DNA of 63,997 nucleotides, filler included, from Ionaspis alba (taxonomy: Eukaryota): the NCBI GenBank assembly GCA_964255285.1. It is 3 parts of 3 records of this genome, joined end to end, with 100 filler letters (N's around TTAATTAATTAA, not from the genome) between each part and the next. Parts side by side here need not be neighbours in the genome. Positions count along the whole stretch, not along the records: positions 45,916 to 63,997 come from CAXUUL010000298.1; 2 more parts are not named here. One strand, written 5' to 3'. A model generated the notes under the pieces. That model was not told the DNA's origin, did no database searches, and worked only from the letters and a program-made list of their open reading frames with translations. Each line of letters starts with the position of its first letter. Position 1 is the first letter of the stretch. Below, piece by piece: positions 61,018 to 63,997 of this stretch. The position numbers were made by a program, and so were the translations under genes.

Positions 61018-63997
61018 GATGAGATCTACTGGAGTATCAACAGGTCGGACGGATGAGGCCAATAGCTCGTGTGTCCCATCCAGAAGCGGCAGCGAGGTCT
61101 TTTAAGCAAAGCCATCCTCCAAACAAATGGATTTTCAAGGACCGCGAAACGGCCTGTATGACCCTTGTGCAGGATGACAGGGCATTTTCTCAGAGCTCTG
61201 GCGAAGCATGTTTCAGGTGGGGAAGCAGGGGTGTGTCTGGGCAGTGTGAGCCAGCCGAATGAAGTTCCAACATCACTAGAATCCATCGATTTCTTTCTGT
61301 GGCTTAATTGATGCCTCAAGCGGCTGTATAACGGTTACCCGCTATACATGGAGTAGTCATGGGCAAATCGTCATGATCATCAAATTTCGAACACGACAGA
61401 ACATAGAATGACAACGTTATTGTCGCATAGAGCATGCACATTTGCCAAAGACAAACAGTCTCTGATTGATTGTACACAGTATAAGAGACGTCTTGAGATA
61501 CCAGGCTGCGAACACAAAGCGACTTGATATGGCTGGTGCGTGAGAGCCAACTGCCCCACAAACAGGCAAGGCTGGAGAAGCAATAGTGGAAAATTCCAGG
61601 CTATGAAGTTCCATCGTTTGAAGACGAAGGGGCTTGATGCTCCGCGCTATTGGGGCGGTACCAATGGCAACAGGAAGCCGCGCGTGCCCTCACAGCCAGA
61701 CGGCGGGACGACACAAGATTCTGCAGCAGATTCGGCCACAGGTACCCAGATTTAGAGGAGCCGTTTGACAGATAGGTCGTTCAGTTCCAAGCCAACGTGG
61801 TTCGGGCAGCTCCAATAGGATAGTGGACTAAAGGAGGATCTTATTGTTGGAAAAGCCCAGGTGTCTCGCGGAGCCTAGTGAGGCGATGAAGCTATTTCGG
61901 GATGCCAAGCCATTCCTGCCATGTAGAGAATGCGACGCTGGCAAACATGAATATTTCGACCTCTCAGGATATGATTAGCAAGGCTCGCGGGGACTATCAG
62001 GCTTTCCCAAGAAACGAACTCAGCATGTCTTGGGACTGAGAGGAACCGATCCTTTAAATTGCTTCAAGAGTGAAATAGAGTACTCTTATGGCATACCTTG
62101 AGGATAACATCCTATACAGCATTTATAGCCAACTCGACATTGGTGTAGAAGCACTCCGGCAGCTGGACGGGGCTTTCACGGCAGAATCAGCACCATTGAC
62201 CACCCAGCGTGATTGACTCTACAAAGTTGTGTTGCTCCATCATGGAATTTACAAGCTTCAAGGGAATGCGCAAGACAATCCGGAAACAAACTCGAGAGGA
62301 TGTCCTTGTGTCTGTGACCGCTGTCCTCGAACGTTTTCTCTGCAATCGGTCTTTTCCTCTTCAATGTCAATAACCACTACATGTTCCACCCATCATCCCG
62401 AGTACTACCCTATTGCCGACTCTTCCGATTCTGGGTCCTTCAAGATAAGCGGGAACAAAAAGAAAGTGATCGGCCCCGGAGGTCTTGGGCAGGTGGCTTA
62501 AGCCACTCAGCCCTTGGTTGCGGAGATACTTCTCACCACATAGTTTCTTACCCACCTCGCATGGAATGAGTGTCACTGCTAGGTGCAGATTGTGGCATCT
62601 TGAGGTTTGTGATGACTCCTTTTGATTACTGCTTGATTCGTGTCTTGAAGGTGTCGCCATAATGACTATTAGTGCAAGAATATCTTACAGCATTGCAATG
62701 CATGTGGTCCTTAGAAGAGTGGAGCCGAAACTGGATATTTCTAAATGTATGAATTGTCTATCGGAGAATCGATGACTCTTCTTTTCACTCATGATTTAAA
62801 TTCCATAATCCCAGCTTGAGCTATGGCAACCATGATACACGATATGAAAGAGATCTCTACGGAAGAGCGTCATCTTGACCATCTCCTACAGCTACATTCA
62901 TCTCTCTTACCTCGACATCTTTTGATTCGGTATCAACAAGCAGGACGTGAGGACCTGGACCTAAACTATTGTTTGACGACTCCCTACCTAGCAAAAGAAA
63001 AGGTCCTCACCGACTTCCCGCAAAAGTGGCTGACGATTCTGTCCCAGCAAATCTGATCCAGAGATCCGAACCACTTCTCAACGATTCTGCTCTACAGCCT
63101 GGTGTAGTAAGTGCGGTTTCGGCAATCATGCCGATCTCAGAACTACTGACCGCTCCGGACCCTTCAGCCGATGACTTCCTACTAAGCCGGGCACATAGAA
63201 TCCTGCAAGATACCCACCTCCAAGCCGATGACAGAATCTGGGCCTGCGTGGTCTCGCTTACCATCCATCAACCCATTGTCTTCGTTGAAGCATTCATATC
63301 CGCGATAGCCAGGCTAGAGGCATGCATTTGGCGACAACGCAGTCTCGATATCCTGAAGCTTGAGATCGTGTAAGATACAGCAGGCAGTAAGCGGGCTAGA
63401 CCCTAGACCGAGGAGGTGCGTTCAAGGTTCCAGGACTGGATGTCCGCGCAGCATGGTGGTTTTGGACTAAATTTTGAGATCTGTCGATGCTTGATGAGGA
63501 AGCCTTTGGAGTAAGCAAAGAAAATTACTCGGGAAGACGAGTTGGAGGCTGACATAGTGTTTTTGAAAATGGTGGATGGGCTGTGCTCTACGGAGTCAAT
63601 TTTGAATGATGATTCTGAAAATATGGGTTGTGCGAAGGGGGAAATCAGACCACATTTTTACTTGTATAATATAGTATTTCCTAATGGCTTGTCCATGCTG
63701 AGTCCCGAGCAGGATGTGGCAGGGGCATCCTGTTCGGTTATGAAACTAAACTTTTAACACGATTCTTTTGTGAAAAAAAAAAGCTCTATCTCAGGCATCA
63801 TTTACAGATCTGGCGATCATGAATGCGGCTGAAATTGTGGTAGATTCACGCAGTATAAAGCAGAGAAATTCGGAAAGGGGCCACAGTCCCCACGTCATAC
63901 GGCTGAACTTCGGCTAATGCCTAAGCTTCACCGTGACAGCTAGAGCGTGACGCAGATATTCAAACACAACAAGACAATGAAGCTTTCTCCTCAACCC

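Overview
Eukaryotic, intron-rich DNA from a filamentous ascomycete (Pezizomycotina); the species cannot be determined from the sequence. Two artificial N44-TTAATTAATTAA-N44 linkers (22880-22979, 45816-45915) split the window into three concatenated pieces, so gene adjacency across them has no biological meaning. Piece 1 holds an orphan 7-TM membrane protein, mitochondrial leucyl-tRNA synthetase, a FAD oxidoreductase, Tdp1 and a Wor1/Ryp1/Sge1 WOPR regulator inside a ~12 kb gene-poor region. Piece 2 holds a TM2-domain gene, PEX11, ENP2/NOL10, MED13, MTAP, ABD1, IND1, a BSD protein, a Yrb30-like protein and SUP35. Piece 3 holds DUF427, BTB, kinesin-6, a bactofilin-like beta-helix protein, GT25 and a GPI-anchored S41 peptidase. 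Best leads: (1) a TM2 gene cassette sitting between two 41-bp copies of the PEX11 3' end, with the ancestral-type KKTA* terminus displaced; (2) a 139-aa intron-containing hexapeptide-repeat bactofilin-like protein with a PPPY motif; (3) a 1.75 kb plus-strand ATG-free stretch and a 4-codon uORF ahead of the Wor1/Ryp1 gene; (4) an in-frame, presequence-like MTAP extension blocked by one TAG; (5) a 261-nt in-frame, stop-free intron in kinesin-6. No rRNA, tRNA, CRISPR array or intact transposon was recognised. Exon boundaries were read by eye.
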